Of a stretch of 64,000 nucleotides of DNA, positions 54,488 to 64,000 are shown one piece after another. The stretch is from Bacteroidales bacterium (GTDB lineage Bacteria > Bacteroidota > Bacteroidia > Bacteroidales > VadinHA17). The stretch's first letter is position 1; every line of letters starts with the position of its first letter. The stretch is taken from positions 211,419 to 275,418 of the forward strand of contig PLLO01000006.1 in assembly GCA_003142255.1 (NCBI GenBank), in the 5' to 3' direction. Position numbers and translations under genes: made by a program. The notes under the pieces were generated by a model, which saw only the letters and a program-made list of their open reading frames with translations, was not told where the DNA came from and did not search any database.

Positions 54488-55648
54488 CTATTTACTGAAT
54501 AACTGGGTGAGTTTGATCTTCAGGTTATTACCATGAAGGTTAGAGGCAATTATAGCACCTTTCGGATCGAAAAGATAATTTGCCGGAAGCGCTTTTACAT
54601 TGAAAAGTCTTGCAAATTTAGGATCAGCTGGATTATCCTCTCTGGTATTTATCCATGGTAGATCATCAAACTTTACTTCTGTACGCCAAGCCGATTCTTC
54701 TTTGTCAAGGTTGATCTGGTAAATTTCAAAGCCTTTTGCATGATATTGCCGGTAGTATTCCTTCAGCTGAAGATTTTCGACAATGCAATCCCTTGATTCA
54801 GACGACCAGAAATCGAGAAGAACATATTTGCCTTTAAGTGATGAAAGAGTAATCCTTTTCCCATTCAAGTCGATTAAAGAAGGATCAAGTTTTGTCTCAG
54901 GGATTGACTGGCTTAACTGGTTCAGCTGGCTGGCATAGAGCTGGTTCAGTTCCTTTCCAAAATCATTTATCAAAGCTTTTGTGTGTTTCGATTCGGGAAA
55001 ATATCGTTTCAGTGAGTCAGAAGCAATCTTCAGGTATTGCAGATCGTGTGCGTCGTATAACACATACATGTTTTCATTGATTTTCTGGTAAATGGCTTTA
55101 ATGGTTGCAAGAGACCTGGTATTCTGAATAATAAAAACAATATTGAACTTGCGCTGTTCTTTAATAATCCTGAGATACTCCTGTTCAAGAAGACTCTTCT
55201 TTGAATCAAACCCTGGCTCCTTTGATGCCTTATCATAAATATTTGAAAGTGAATCAAGGGAATTCTTGGTCCTGATAAGCTTATTGTCAAGTAACCTCAC
55301 CTGTTCAGAGCCTTCTGATCCGCTGACAGTATAGTCGTTGTACAGATAATCGCCTTTAAAGGAGAGCTCTATTTTCTCACCGGGAGAGGCAAGGAGAGTC
55401 ACAAAATCTTTTGAAGAAAAACCAATTTGGTAATAATCCGGCTCTTTAGATTTTATCCTGATTCTGAAATCCCCCTGCTTATTTAATTTGGATGAGTCTA
55501 TAAGGGAAATTGCATTTATGTCAACCCTGCTTACGTAGATATATTTTTGTTTAACGTTTTTAATATGGCCATTTACAAGAAACGAATCATTTTTTTTACA
55601 GCTTATTGTAAAAATTACCAGGATCAGCAGTACCAGAGATTTTTTCAT
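54488..55648 (-). CDS. TlpA/AhpC-TSA family redoxin lipoprotein with degenerate SxxC active site
   Basis: Lipobox TISC; LLDFWSSESRDC at 54785-54814; ALPANYLFD. Confidence 0.82.
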   Translation of the reverse strand: MKKSLVLLILVIFTISCKKNDSFLVNGHIKNVKQKYIYVSRVDINAISLIDSSKLNKQGDFRIRIKSKEPDYYQIGFSSKDFVTLLASPGEKIELSFKGDYLYNDYTVSGSEGSEQVRLLDNKLIRTKNSLDSLSNIYDKASKEPGFDSKKSLLEQEYLRIIKEQRKFNIVFIIQNTRSLATIKAIYQKINENMYVLYDAHDLQYLKIASDSLKRYFPESKHTKALINDFGKELNQLYASQLNQLSQSIPETKLDPSLIDLNGKRITLSSLKGKYVLLDFWSSESRDCIVENLQLKEYYRQYHAKGFEIYQINLDKEESAWRTEVKFDDLPWINTREDNPADPKFARLFNVKALPANYLFDPKGAIIASNLHGNNLKIKLTQLFSK

Positions 55649-55671
55649 GAAGAATATAGTTGGGATATCTA

Positions 55672-56853
55672 TTATTGTTGATTTTTGTTTTTAAAAAGTT
55701 CGGCAAGCTTGGTCTGGAGCTTCTCTCCTCTCAGGTTTGATGCTATTATCCTGCCCTCACGGTCGAGAAGGAAATTTGCCGGAATTGATTCAATCCGGTA
55801 TGTCGTGACAACAGGTGAATTCCAGTATTTGACATCGCTGACATGAATCCATTTTTCAAGATGATCGTCCTTTATTCCCTTGATCCATTCCTCCCTGGTC
55901 TTATCAAGTGATACCTGGTAGATCTCGAACCCCTGCCTGTGCCAGAGATTATAGGCTTTAACCAGGTTTGGATTTTCGGTTCTGCATGGAGAACACCACG
56001 AAGCCCAGAAATCAAGCAGTACAATATTGCCTCTTGTCGATGAAAGGTTTATCGTATCGCCCTCCGGAGTAGGCAGGGATATTTCCGGAGCTTCTGAATT
56101 TTCTCCGGATACCGGGGCGATCTCTTTCCCTGGAGCTGTGACAGTAGTCATTTCCTGAACCTGTTCGTGAAGCGATTTGACTGGCTCGTAGTTAGGATAG
56201 TTAAAAGAAAGAGAAGAATCGACCTTCTGGAAATATCTCAGGTCCTTTTCGGGGTGAAGTATATATTCGCCCGGAGCTACCTGCTGGTATAATGCAACAA
56301 GACTCACAAGGGAATTAAGATTCTGGTCAATGTACGTCTTAGTATATGAATTTATATCTGTAAGATAATTCTGGGCAATGTTGTCAAGACTGTCCATTAC
56401 CATGGGCAGTTCCGGAGTACCCAGGTTTTTCAGGTAGATCCCTCGTAATCCGCTGAGTTCCCTTATTGTCTGCCTGAGTTTCATGTTATATTCTGCCATT
56501 AGTTCGGTTCCTTTTGAACCGGAAATCGAAATCGGGTAATTTAAGGAATCAAAATAGGCTTTCAGACTCATTTTCTGGCCAGGTTCAAGGAGCATGGTAA
56601 GGAAATTAGTCTGATCCGTTTTAAGAAGGTAAAATGAAGAAGACTCGATCTTCCTGGAAAAGGAAAATGCACCCTCTCCTGAAACTGCAACTGAATCAAC
56701 GGTTATAAGATCATTTGATCTCAGTTCATCGAGATAAATTAATTCTCCTTTTACCGGATTCAAAAGTTTGCCGTTTATTTCAATATTATTATTTTTACAG
56801 CCTGTAAGAACCACAGCAGCAATAAGAAATAAACCAATGTTTTTATACATCAA
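55672..56853 (-). CDS. TlpA family thiol-disulfide oxidoreductase lipoprotein
   Basis: Lipobox LTGC; DFWASWCSPC at 55984-56013; SIPANFLLD. Confidence 0.9.
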   Translation of the reverse strand: MMYKNIGLFLIAAVVLTGCKNNNIEINGKLLNPVKGELIYLDELRSNDLITVDSVAVSGEGAFSFSRKIESSSFYLLKTDQTNFLTMLLEPGQKMSLKAYFDSLNYPISISGSKGTELMAEYNMKLRQTIRELSGLRGIYLKNLGTPELPMVMDSLDNIAQNYLTDINSYTKTYIDQNLNSLVSLVALYQQVAPGEYILHPEKDLRYFQKVDSSLSFNYPNYEPVKSLHEQVQEMTTVTAPGKEIAPVSGENSEAPEISLPTPEGDTINLSSTRGNIVLLDFWASWCSPCRTENPNLVKAYNLWHRQGFEIYQVSLDKTREEWIKGIKDDHLEKWIHVSDVKYWNSPVVTTYRIESIPANFLLDREGRIIASNLRGEKLQTKLAELFKNKNQQ

Positions 56854-56893
56854 AAGGAGTATTTAATACTTATATTTTTAAATATTTGAAATG

Positions 56894-56901
56894 CAAAGTT
56901 A
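56894..56901 (-). promoter_or_regulatory. -7 box (TAACTTTG) for the tlpA-tlpA-lpxH operon
   Basis: Exact TAnnTTTG on the minus strand 40 nt upstream of the ATG. Confidence 0.55.
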
Positions 56902-57031
56902 TTCTTTTTTTTGTCCGTCAGCTATCCTGTAAAAATTAATAATTTGCTGGTCAGGGAGAGCCAGTTTGGATTGTTGAAAAAAAACTGGTATCTTAAATGA
57001 CTTTTTTATTTCAGAAAATAGAGGTAAATGT

Positions 57032-58978
57032 ATGAGTTATATTAAGTTTGAAAAAGGACAAATCGTCAACCTGGAATTTTCGCTTGGGAGAGAAATTCTC
57101 AGGACAAACAGGGCAGGATCCTATGCTTCAACGACTATTGTCGAGTGCAATACCCGCAAGTATCATGGACTTCTGGTATGCCCTGTTGATGAACTTGGAG
57201 GAGGCAGGTATGTTCTTCTCTCCTCGCTCGATGTAACCGTAGTTAATGACGACAAGAGCTTCAATATAGGGATCAGGAAGTACAAAGGCGATTATTTTAG
57301 TCCCAAGGGGCATAAGTATATAGAAGATTTTGAAACTGAATCTATCCCGATAAGTATCTTCAGGGTTGGAAATGTTATACTGAAGATGGAGCGGCTTCTG
57401 GTTCATTATGAAGAGCAGCTCCTGGTAAGGTATACAATTCTTGAAGCCTCAGAAGCAATGAAACTTCAGGTACGCCCGTTCCTTGCCTTCAGGAGCATTC
57501 ACCAGCTGACTCATGCAAACCTTGCTGCCAATACCAAAGCAGATCCTATAAAGAACGGGATCAAATCAAAAATGTATGATGGTTTCCCATACCTGCACAT
57601 GCAGTTCTCGACAAATGCCGAATTCATTCATGTGCCTGACTGGTACCGGGGAGTTGAATACCTTGAAGAGCAGAGAAGGGGTTATGATTATTCCGAAGAC
57701 CTGTTTTCTCCCGGCTTCTTTGAATTGAAGGCTAAAAAAGGAGACAGCATTGTATTTTCAGCTTCAACTCATGAAGAAAAACCATCAGGGTTTAAGGCAA
57801 AGTTCACAAAAACTGTTGCCGGCAAAATTCCCCGCGACAGCTTCATTGACTGTCTGAGGAATGCAGCCCAGCAATTTGTGGAGAAAAGGAGCGGAGAGAC
57901 ATTGATAATTGCAGGGTATCCATGGTTTGGCTCATGGGGAAGAGACACGTTCATCTCTCTTCCTGGTCTTGCGCTCGCCCGTCACAATCTTGACCTTTAC
58001 CGTGATGTTCTCGATACCCAGGTAAACAGGATGAAGGACGGTTTGTTCCCAAATATGGGGACAGGCGGTAATTACGCTTTCAACTCTGTCGATGCGCCTT
58101 TATGGTTCTTCTGGGCCCTACAACAATATTCTGCCAAAGGAGGGTCAGATTGTATCGAAAGATACGGAGCAGCTGCCAAATCAGTAGTTTATGCATATAA
58201 GAATGGCACGGCATTCAATATCCAGATGAGAGAAAACGGGCTTATCTATGCCGGAGCACCCGGAAAATCACTGACATGGATGGATGCTGTTGTAAATGGA
58301 GTTCCGGTTACGCAAAGAAGAGGTTATGCCGTGGAGATTAATGCACTATGGTACAACGCAATCTGCTTTGCTCTTGAAATTGCAAAAACAGAAAAAGATA
58401 AAAAGTTTATTCAGGAATTTGGACATCTTCCGGAATTGATAAAAAAATCATTCATTGATCTGTTCTGGAATGATAAAGTAGGATATCTCGCCGATTATGT
58501 TAACGATGAAGAGGGAAAGAACTTCTTTGTCAGACCAAATATGGTTATAGCGGTTTCTCTCCCATTTTCGATGCTGGATCACGAGCAGATGAAAAAAATT
58601 CTTGATGTCGCAGACAAAGAACTTGTTACGCCCAGAGGACTTAGGACACTTTCTCCCGGGAATAAACTTTATAAGGGGACTTATTGCGGTAATCAGGAAG
58701 AGAGAGACAAAGCATATCACCAGGGAACAGTTTGGCCATGGCTCTTTGGACCATTTTGTGAGGGATGGCTTAAGGTTTATGGAAACCAGGGCGTTCAGAA
58801 AATCAGGAGACTGATCTATGGGCTCGAAGAAGTAATGAGCGAGCACGGCATAACAACCCTTTCAGAAATTCATGACGGCGATCCGCCTCATGCTCCAAGA
58901 GGTGCAATATCACAGGCATGGAGTGTGGGCGAGGTTCTCAGAATTATTGACTTGCTTGAAAATAAATATTCAGATTAA
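57032..58978 (+). CDS. glycogen debranching enzyme (amylo-alpha-1,6-glucosidase family)
   Basis: NTRKYHGLL, IIAGYPWFGSWGRDTFISLPG, SVDAPLWF, LTWMDA, YHQGTVWPWL, QAWSVGE. Confidence 0.9.
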   Translation: MSYIKFEKGQIVNLEFSLGREILRTNRAGSYASTTIVECNTRKYHGLLVCPVDELGGGRYVLLSSLDVTVVNDDKSFNIGIRKYKGDYFSPKGHKYIEDFETESIPISIFRVGNVILKMERLLVHYEEQLLVRYTILEASEAMKLQVRPFLAFRSIHQLTHANLAANTKADPIKNGIKSKMYDGFPYLHMQFSTNAEFIHVPDWYRGVEYLEEQRRGYDYSEDLFSPGFFELKAKKGDSIVFSASTHEEKPSGFKAKFTKTVAGKIPRDSFIDCLRNAAQQFVEKRSGETLIIAGYPWFGSWGRDTFISLPGLALARHNLDLYRDVLDTQVNRMKDGLFPNMGTGGNYAFNSVDAPLWFFWALQQYSAKGGSDCIERYGAAAKSVVYAYKNGTAFNIQMRENGLIYAGAPGKSLTWMDAVVNGVPVTQRRGYAVEINALWYNAICFALEIAKTEKDKKFIQEFGHLPELIKKSFIDLFWNDKVGYLADYVNDEEGKNFFVRPNMVIAVSLPFSMLDHEQMKKILDVADKELVTPRGLRTLSPGNKLYKGTYCGNQEERDKAYHQGTVWPWLFGPFCEGWLKVYGNQGVQKIRRLIYGLEEVMSEHGITTLSEIHDGDPPHAPRGAISQAWSVGEVLRIIDLLENKYSD

Positions 58979-58993
58979 TATTACAGGAAAGAT

Positions 58994-60286
58994 ATGCGTG
59001 TGCTAATGTTTGGGTGGGAATTTCCGCCACATATTTCCGGCGGATTAGGGACGGCCAGTTACGGGCTCACTAAGGGCATGGCAAGCATGGACGACCTGGA
59101 GGTCATTTTTGTAGTACCAAAAGCCTGGGGTGATGAAGACCAGAGCATGGTCAGACTGATCGGTGCCAACAAGGTACCTGTAGCATACAAGAAAATTTAT
59201 TACAAGGGAACCCGCACTTCAATTGAAAAGATTGAAGTCTATTCCAAAATTGTGCCATACACTGACCCTGAAGATTTTTGGAAACGGGTCAGATCTGAAG
59301 TTTACGGCCACAGACTTTTTGTACAAACCAACAATACAGGAATGGTCGATTTCTCAGGAAGGTACGACCATAACCTTCTTGATGAGATCTATAAATACTC
59401 AATAGTTGCATCAATCATCGCAGAGGAAAATGATTTCGATGTTATTCATGCACATGACTGGCTGGCTTACCCGGCAGGAATCGCTGCAATGGAAGTATCG
59501 GGGAAACCTCTTGTAATACATGTGCATGCGACAGACTTTGACAGGAGCGGTGGCAATGTAAACCCCGAGGTTTACAAGATCGAAAAGAAAGGAATGGATG
59601 CTGCATCCAAAATAATTACCGTGAGCAATCTTACCAGGGATATAGTCATAAATAAATATAATATTAATCCCGAAAAGGTCGAAACTGTTTATAATGCGGT
59701 CGAGCATGTTGAACTCACCGAAAACATAGTTGTAAATAAAGGATTTGATGAAAAGGTTGTGACATTTTTAGGAAGGATAACGCTTCAGAAAGGACCAGAG
59801 TATTTTATTGAGGCTGCTTATAAGGTATTGAAGGTGATGGACAATGTCAGATTCGTTATGGCAGGTTCGGGAGATATGATGGAAAGAATGATGCGACGTG
59901 CTGCATCACTTAGAATTACCGACCGGTTCCATTTTACAGGATTCCTGAAAGGGATGGATGTTTATACCATGCTGGCAATGAGTGATGTCTATATAATGCC
60001 TTCGGTATCAGAGCCATTCGGAATTTCACCTCTCGAAGCCATGCAATCGAATGTTCCGGTAATAATTAGCAAACAATCAGGAGTCGCAGAAATCCTGACT
60101 CATGCAGTCAAGACCGACTTCTGGGATATTGATGCCATGGCCGATGCCATTTATGGAATCCTTAACTATCCCGCTCTTGCAAGTATGTTCATAAAGAACG
60201 GCAAGGAGGAGGTAGTAAGGCTGAAATGGGATAATTCGGCAAAACATGTCAGGGATATATATGAAAGAGTTATTTGGCATAAATAG
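58994..60286 (+). CDS. GT4 glycosyltransferase (glycogen synthase-like)
   Basis: MFGWEFPPHISGGLG, HAHDWL, PSVSEPFGISPLEA; in the glycogen operon. Confidence 0.88.
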   Translation: MRVLMFGWEFPPHISGGLGTASYGLTKGMASMDDLEVIFVVPKAWGDEDQSMVRLIGANKVPVAYKKIYYKGTRTSIEKIEVYSKIVPYTDPEDFWKRVRSEVYGHRLFVQTNNTGMVDFSGRYDHNLLDEIYKYSIVASIIAEENDFDVIHAHDWLAYPAGIAAMEVSGKPLVIHVHATDFDRSGGNVNPEVYKIEKKGMDAASKIITVSNLTRDIVINKYNINPEKVETVYNAVEHVELTENIVVNKGFDEKVVTFLGRITLQKGPEYFIEAAYKVLKVMDNVRFVMAGSGDMMERMMRRAASLRITDRFHFTGFLKGMDVYTMLAMSDVYIMPSVSEPFGISPLEAMQSNVPVIISKQSGVAEILTHAVKTDFWDIDAMADAIYGILNYPALASMFIKNGKEEVVRLKWDNSAKHVRDIYERVIWHK

Positions 60287-60295
60287 TACTAGGAT

Positions 60296-61846
60296 ATGAG
60301 TACATCGGGTAAAAAAGCAATCTGTTTGTATTTCCAGGTTCATCAGCCCTTCAGGCTTAAACGCTATCGGTTTTTTGACCTTGGGAATGATCATTATTAT
60401 TATGATGATTTTTCGAATGAATCCATAATGAGGAAAGTTGCAGGCAAATGCTATCTTCCTGCCAACAAGATAATCCTTGATCTTATCCAGAAAAATAAGG
60501 GAAAGTTTAAGGTGACTTTTTCAATTTCAGGAATCGCAATAAACCAGTTCCGGCTTTATGCACCCGAAGTTCTTGATTCATTCAGGCAGATAGCAGAAAC
60601 GGGAATGGCAGAATTCCTTGCTGAAACAGATTCCCATTCACTTGCCTCACTTAAGAACCGTACCGTATTTGAGCAACAGGTCGAGATACACAAGGAAATG
60701 ATGAAGAATTTCCTTGGAGTTGAACCCACCTCATTCCGCAATACGGAGCTGATTTATTCAGACCAGATAGGGTCGTGGGTTGCAGATATGGGATACAAAT
60801 CGATCCTTACTGAAGGAGCAAAGCATGTTCTTGGATGGAAGAGTCCAAATTTTTTGTACTGTAATGCTATAAATCCAAGGCTCAAGGTTTTGCTCAGGAA
60901 TTTTGTCCTCAGCGATGATATAGCATTCAGATTCTCAAACAGGCAGTGGAGCGCATGGCCGCTGACTGCAGAAAAGTATGCATCATGGCTTAACAAGCTT
61001 GCTCCCAGCAGCGAGCTTGTGAATATATTTCTCGATTATGAGACATTCGGTGAGCATAACTGGAAAGAGACCGGAATATTTGATTTTCTCCAGCATCTTC
61101 CGGGAGCAGTGCTGAAAAAGACCCCTTTTAAATTCATGACGCCATCTGAAGTTGCTGATACGCTTCAACCGGTTTCGGCAATAAGTGTTCCATCTCCAAT
61201 ATCATGGGCAGACGAAGAACGCGATATAACTGCCTGGCTGGGTAATGAGCTGCAGACTGCTGCTTTCGAAAAACTCTATTCCCTCTCCGAGAAAGTCAAA
61301 AAGTGCAACGATGAAAAAATGAACAAGGACTGGGAATACCTGCAATCAAGCGATCATTTTTACTACATGGCGACCAAATTCTTTTCCGATGGTGCCGTTC
61401 ATGCATATTTTAACCCTTATGAGACTCCATATGATGCTTTTATGAATTATATGAACGTATTGAGCGATTTTGAGATAAGGGTTAAAAGATGCTTCCCTGA
61501 TACCGATGAACAGGTTAAGATATCAAAACTCGAGGAAGTGATCAGGGAAAAGGATGAAATAATCGAAAAGCAGGCCACAGAAATAGTTAAGCTTGGAAAG
61601 AAACAGTCACGAAAACAGGACAAAAAAATTGAATCAGCTATAAAAGAACCCGGAACATCGCTGAAAGAGCTGGCTGCCAGGATTACAGAAAATGCTCTTA
61701 AAAAGCAATCAACAAGTAAAACTGCTGCTCCTGCAAAAAAAACAAGAAGTTCTGTCAAAAAAACTGCTCCAAAAAAAGTCGTGAAAAAGATTACGGTCAG
61801 GAAAACCGCTGTGAAGAAAACCACCAAAACGGGGAATAAAAAATAA
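60296..61846 (+). CDS. GH57 alpha-amylase/4-alpha-glucanotransferase with Lys-rich C-terminal tail
   Basis: FQVHQPFRL, FRNTELIY, FLDYETFGEH, SWADEERD, QSSDHFYYM. Confidence 0.9.
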   Translation: MSTSGKKAICLYFQVHQPFRLKRYRFFDLGNDHYYYDDFSNESIMRKVAGKCYLPANKIILDLIQKNKGKFKVTFSISGIAINQFRLYAPEVLDSFRQIAETGMAEFLAETDSHSLASLKNRTVFEQQVEIHKEMMKNFLGVEPTSFRNTELIYSDQIGSWVADMGYKSILTEGAKHVLGWKSPNFLYCNAINPRLKVLLRNFVLSDDIAFRFSNRQWSAWPLTAEKYASWLNKLAPSSELVNIFLDYETFGEHNWKETGIFDFLQHLPGAVLKKTPFKFMTPSEVADTLQPVSAISVPSPISWADEERDITAWLGNELQTAAFEKLYSLSEKVKKCNDEKMNKDWEYLQSSDHFYYMATKFFSDGAVHAYFNPYETPYDAFMNYMNVLSDFEIRVKRCFPDTDEQVKISKLEEVIREKDEIIEKQATEIVKLGKKQSRKQDKKIESAIKEPGTSLKELAARITENALKKQSTSKTAAPAKKTRSSVKKTAPKKVVKKITVRKTAVKKTTKTGNKK

Positions 61847-61874
61847 TTACAGAAAACAAGAAATATTTTTATAA

Positions 61875-64000
61875 ATGTCTGAAATTAAGGTTGAATTTAT
61901 TTTTGAAACCAGTTGGGAGGTTTGCAATAAGGTTGGCGGAATACATACTGTAATATCTACAAAGGCTCTAAATATTGTTGAGGAACTTGGAGATAATTAT
62001 ATTCTTATCGGTCCTGATGTATGGAGAGAAGATGTCAAGAATCCTGAATTTATTGCCGACGAATCCCTTTTCGTCGAATGGAAAGGCAGGGCTGTATCTG
62101 AAGGTCTCCAAGTAAAGACCGGCAGATGGAACATTGCAGGGAAGCCTATTGTGATCCTGATAGATTTCACACCTTATTTCGGCCAGCAAAATGAGATATT
62201 TGCGAAATTCTGGGAAACTTATAAGCTTGACAGTATTTCGGGACAGTGGGATTATTTAGAGCCTGCTCTTTTTGGATATGCTGCCGGGAAACTTATTGAA
62301 AGTTTCACCACGTTTTACCATGAACACTCCAATATTATTGCGCAGTTTCATGAGTGGATGACAGGAACAGGTATCCTCTACCTGAAAAAACAGGCTCCCT
62401 GGGTTGCCACCTCATTTACGACACATGCCACGGTGCTCGGAAGGTGCATAGCCGGAAACAACAGGCCCCTTTATGGCAAGATGAAAGAATATGTTCCTGC
62501 CCAGGTGGCACGCGAATTCAATGTCGTGTCAAAGCAGTCTCTCGAAAAAATATCAGCGGCTGAAGCCGATGTATTCACCACTGTAAGTGAGATCACATCA
62601 AGAGAGTGCAGCCATTTTCTTGGGAAGGATATTGATATTGTCACGCCGAATGGTTTTGAAGATTCATTTGTCCCCGGTAACAATGAATTCGGTGCCAAAA
62701 GGAGTGCGGCAAGGGATAAGCTGAGAACTGTTGCAGAAGCCGTTCTCGGTTATAAGATTTCTGATAATGCAATCCTTATTGCCAACAGCGGAAGGTATGA
62801 GTTCAGAAACAAGGGTGTTGATATCTTTATAGATTCACTGGGAGAACTGTGCAAGAAGGATAAAGTTCAGAAGGAATGCATTGCTTTCATTCTTATGCCT
62901 GCCTACCATAAGGGCCCGCGGCAGGATATCATTGATTTTCTTTATAATAAAGGAGCTGCAAATAGTGGCGATCGCTTCCTGACCCATAGCCTTCACTATC
63001 CGTCTACCGACCCTATTTTACAGCGTATTGCAGCAAATAATCTGAATAACGACCAGAAATCGCAGGTCAAAATAATTTTTGTACCATCATACCTGAATGG
63101 CAACGACGGCATTTTCAATATGCCATACTTTGATCTGTTGATCGGGTTCGATCTGACTATATTCCCTTCGTATTATGAGCCATGGGGATATACACCTCTT
63201 GAAAGCCTGATGTTCTCAATTCCAACCATAACAACATCATTGTCGGGATTCGGACTCTGGGTAAGGGAATATTTTAAAGAACCCGGTAATGGAATTGCAG
63301 TTATTGAAAGGACTGATGATAATCAGAGCAAAGTCGTATCGGATATAAGGGATTTCATATCCATGTTCATCGGGTTAAGCGATGAAGATATCGCTGAGGC
63401 AAGGAAAAAGGCTCACGAGATATCACGCATAGCGATGTGGGACTCTCTGGTTCAGTACTATTTTACCGCTTACGATAAGGCTCTTTTTAACAGCAGTGAG
63501 AGAAGAGAGGAACCAAGGGAGTTTGTAAGATTTGTCGAAGCTCCAGGGCTCCAGGTACGAAAACCTCACCAGGTTCCGGTCTGGAAAGATATATATGTTC
63601 AGAGTGATGTCCCGGAGAAGCTTGCATCGCTGAAGGAACTTGCAAATAACCTGTGGTGGTCGTGGAACACTAAAGCTGAGGATCTTTTCAAGAGCATGGA
63701 TCCTTCAATCTGGGAGGAGGTAAAGCACAATCCTAAACTGCTTCTGGAAAAGATTGACTATAAGCGGATGATGATCCTTGAGGATGATGATGAATTTATA
63801 GCATCCCTAAATGAAGTATATAAAGCATTTACAGAGTATATAAATCGGCCCGCAGATCCTGAAAAGCCGGCCGTGGCATATTTCAGCATGGAGTTCGGGA
63901 TTCACCCATGCCTGAAGATTTATTCAGGCGGTCTTGGAATTCTTGCAGGCGATTACCTTAAGGAAGCGAGTGATTCAAATGTCAATATCATCGGAATCGG
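61875..64000 (+). CDS. glgP: fused GT3 glycogen synthase domain + alpha-glucan phosphorylase (3' end beyond the window)
   Basis: ATG 61875 MSEIKVEFIFETSWEVCNKVGGIHTV; FHEWMTG; SYYEPWGYTPLE; the same frame continues into ELANNLWWSWN and AYFSMEFGIHPCLKIYSGGLGILAGDYLKEASD. Missing from the ORF track because there is no stop in the window. Confidence 0.9.
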   Translation, partial: MSEIKVEFIFETSWEVCNKVGGIHTVISTKALNIVEELGDNYILIGPDVWREDVKNPEFIADESLFVEWKGRAVSEGLQVKTGRWNIAGKPIVILIDFTPYFGQQNEIFAKFWETYKLDSISGQWDYLEPALFGYAAGKLIESFTTFYHEHSNIIAQFHEWMTGTGILYLKKQAPWVATSFTTHATVLGRCIAGNNRPLYGKMKEYVPAQVAREFNVVSKQSLEKISAAEADVFTTVSEITSRECSHFLGKDIDIVTPNGFEDSFVPGNNEFGAKRSAARDKLRTVAEAVLGYKISDNAILIANSGRYEFRNKGVDIFIDSLGELCKKDKVQKECIAFILMPAYHKGPRQDIIDFLYNKGAANSGDRFLTHSLHYPSTDPILQRIAANNLNNDQKSQVKIIFVPSYLNGNDGIFNMPYFDLLIGFDLTIFPSYYEPWGYTPLESLMFSIPTITTSLSGFGLWVREYFKEPGNGIAVIERTDDNQSKVVSDIRDFISMFIGLSDEDIAEARKKAHEISRIAMWDSLVQYYFTAYDKALFNSSERREEPREFVRFVEAPGLQVRKPHQVPVWKDIYVQSDVPEKLASLKELANNLWWSWNTKAEDLFKSMDPSIWEEVKHNPKLLLEKIDYKRMMILEDDDEFIASLNEVYKAFTEYINRPADPEKPAVAYFSMEFGIHPCLKIYSGGLGILAGDYLKEASDSNVNIIGI

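Noticed and set aside
1-64000. tRNA, rRNA, prophage or intact IS elements
   Set aside because: No cloverleaf, rRNA-like stretch, phage gene, integrase or transposase ORF was recognised; intergenic gaps are short and otherwise explained

Overview
A 64 kb chromosomal window from a Bacteroidota genome, probably an uncultured Bacteroidales-type anaerobe. The assignment rests on many TAnnTTTG -7 promoter boxes, GldL/GldM-like domains and Bacteroidota gene order. Core content in order: two membrane pyrophosphatases of different subfamilies flanking an exbBD pair; a PLP serine/threonine dehydratase; mutL-rhomboid-rhomboid-EEP; a TetR-TolC-HlyD-ABC (YbhGFSR-like) efflux operon; copA; ypfJ; a complete trpEGDCFBA operon with a leader peptide, extended by cysE-cysK; amtB plus P-II; an RND efflux operon; an AT-rich islet of small lipoproteins; comM; a GIY-YIG nuclease cassette; plsC-like; tandem SiaB; lpxH; two TlpA-like redoxins; and a glycogen operon ending in a glycogen synthase-phosphorylase fusion that runs off the window. 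I saw no rRNA, tRNA, CRISPR array, prophage or intact IS. Several intergenic regions carry REP/MITE-like palindromes. The most striking observation is a padR-led operon (25505-28340). Its two membrane proteins together carry 3+2=5 GldL-type transmembrane hairpins and 1+1=2 GldM-type TM helix plus D1 domains. That matches the GldL5M2 stoichiometry of the T9SS/gliding rotary motor, but the parts are covalently fused and lack the proton-carrying Glu. A stand-alone GldM-D1 lipoprotein lies at 46077-46760. All family calls come from motif recognition, not database searches.
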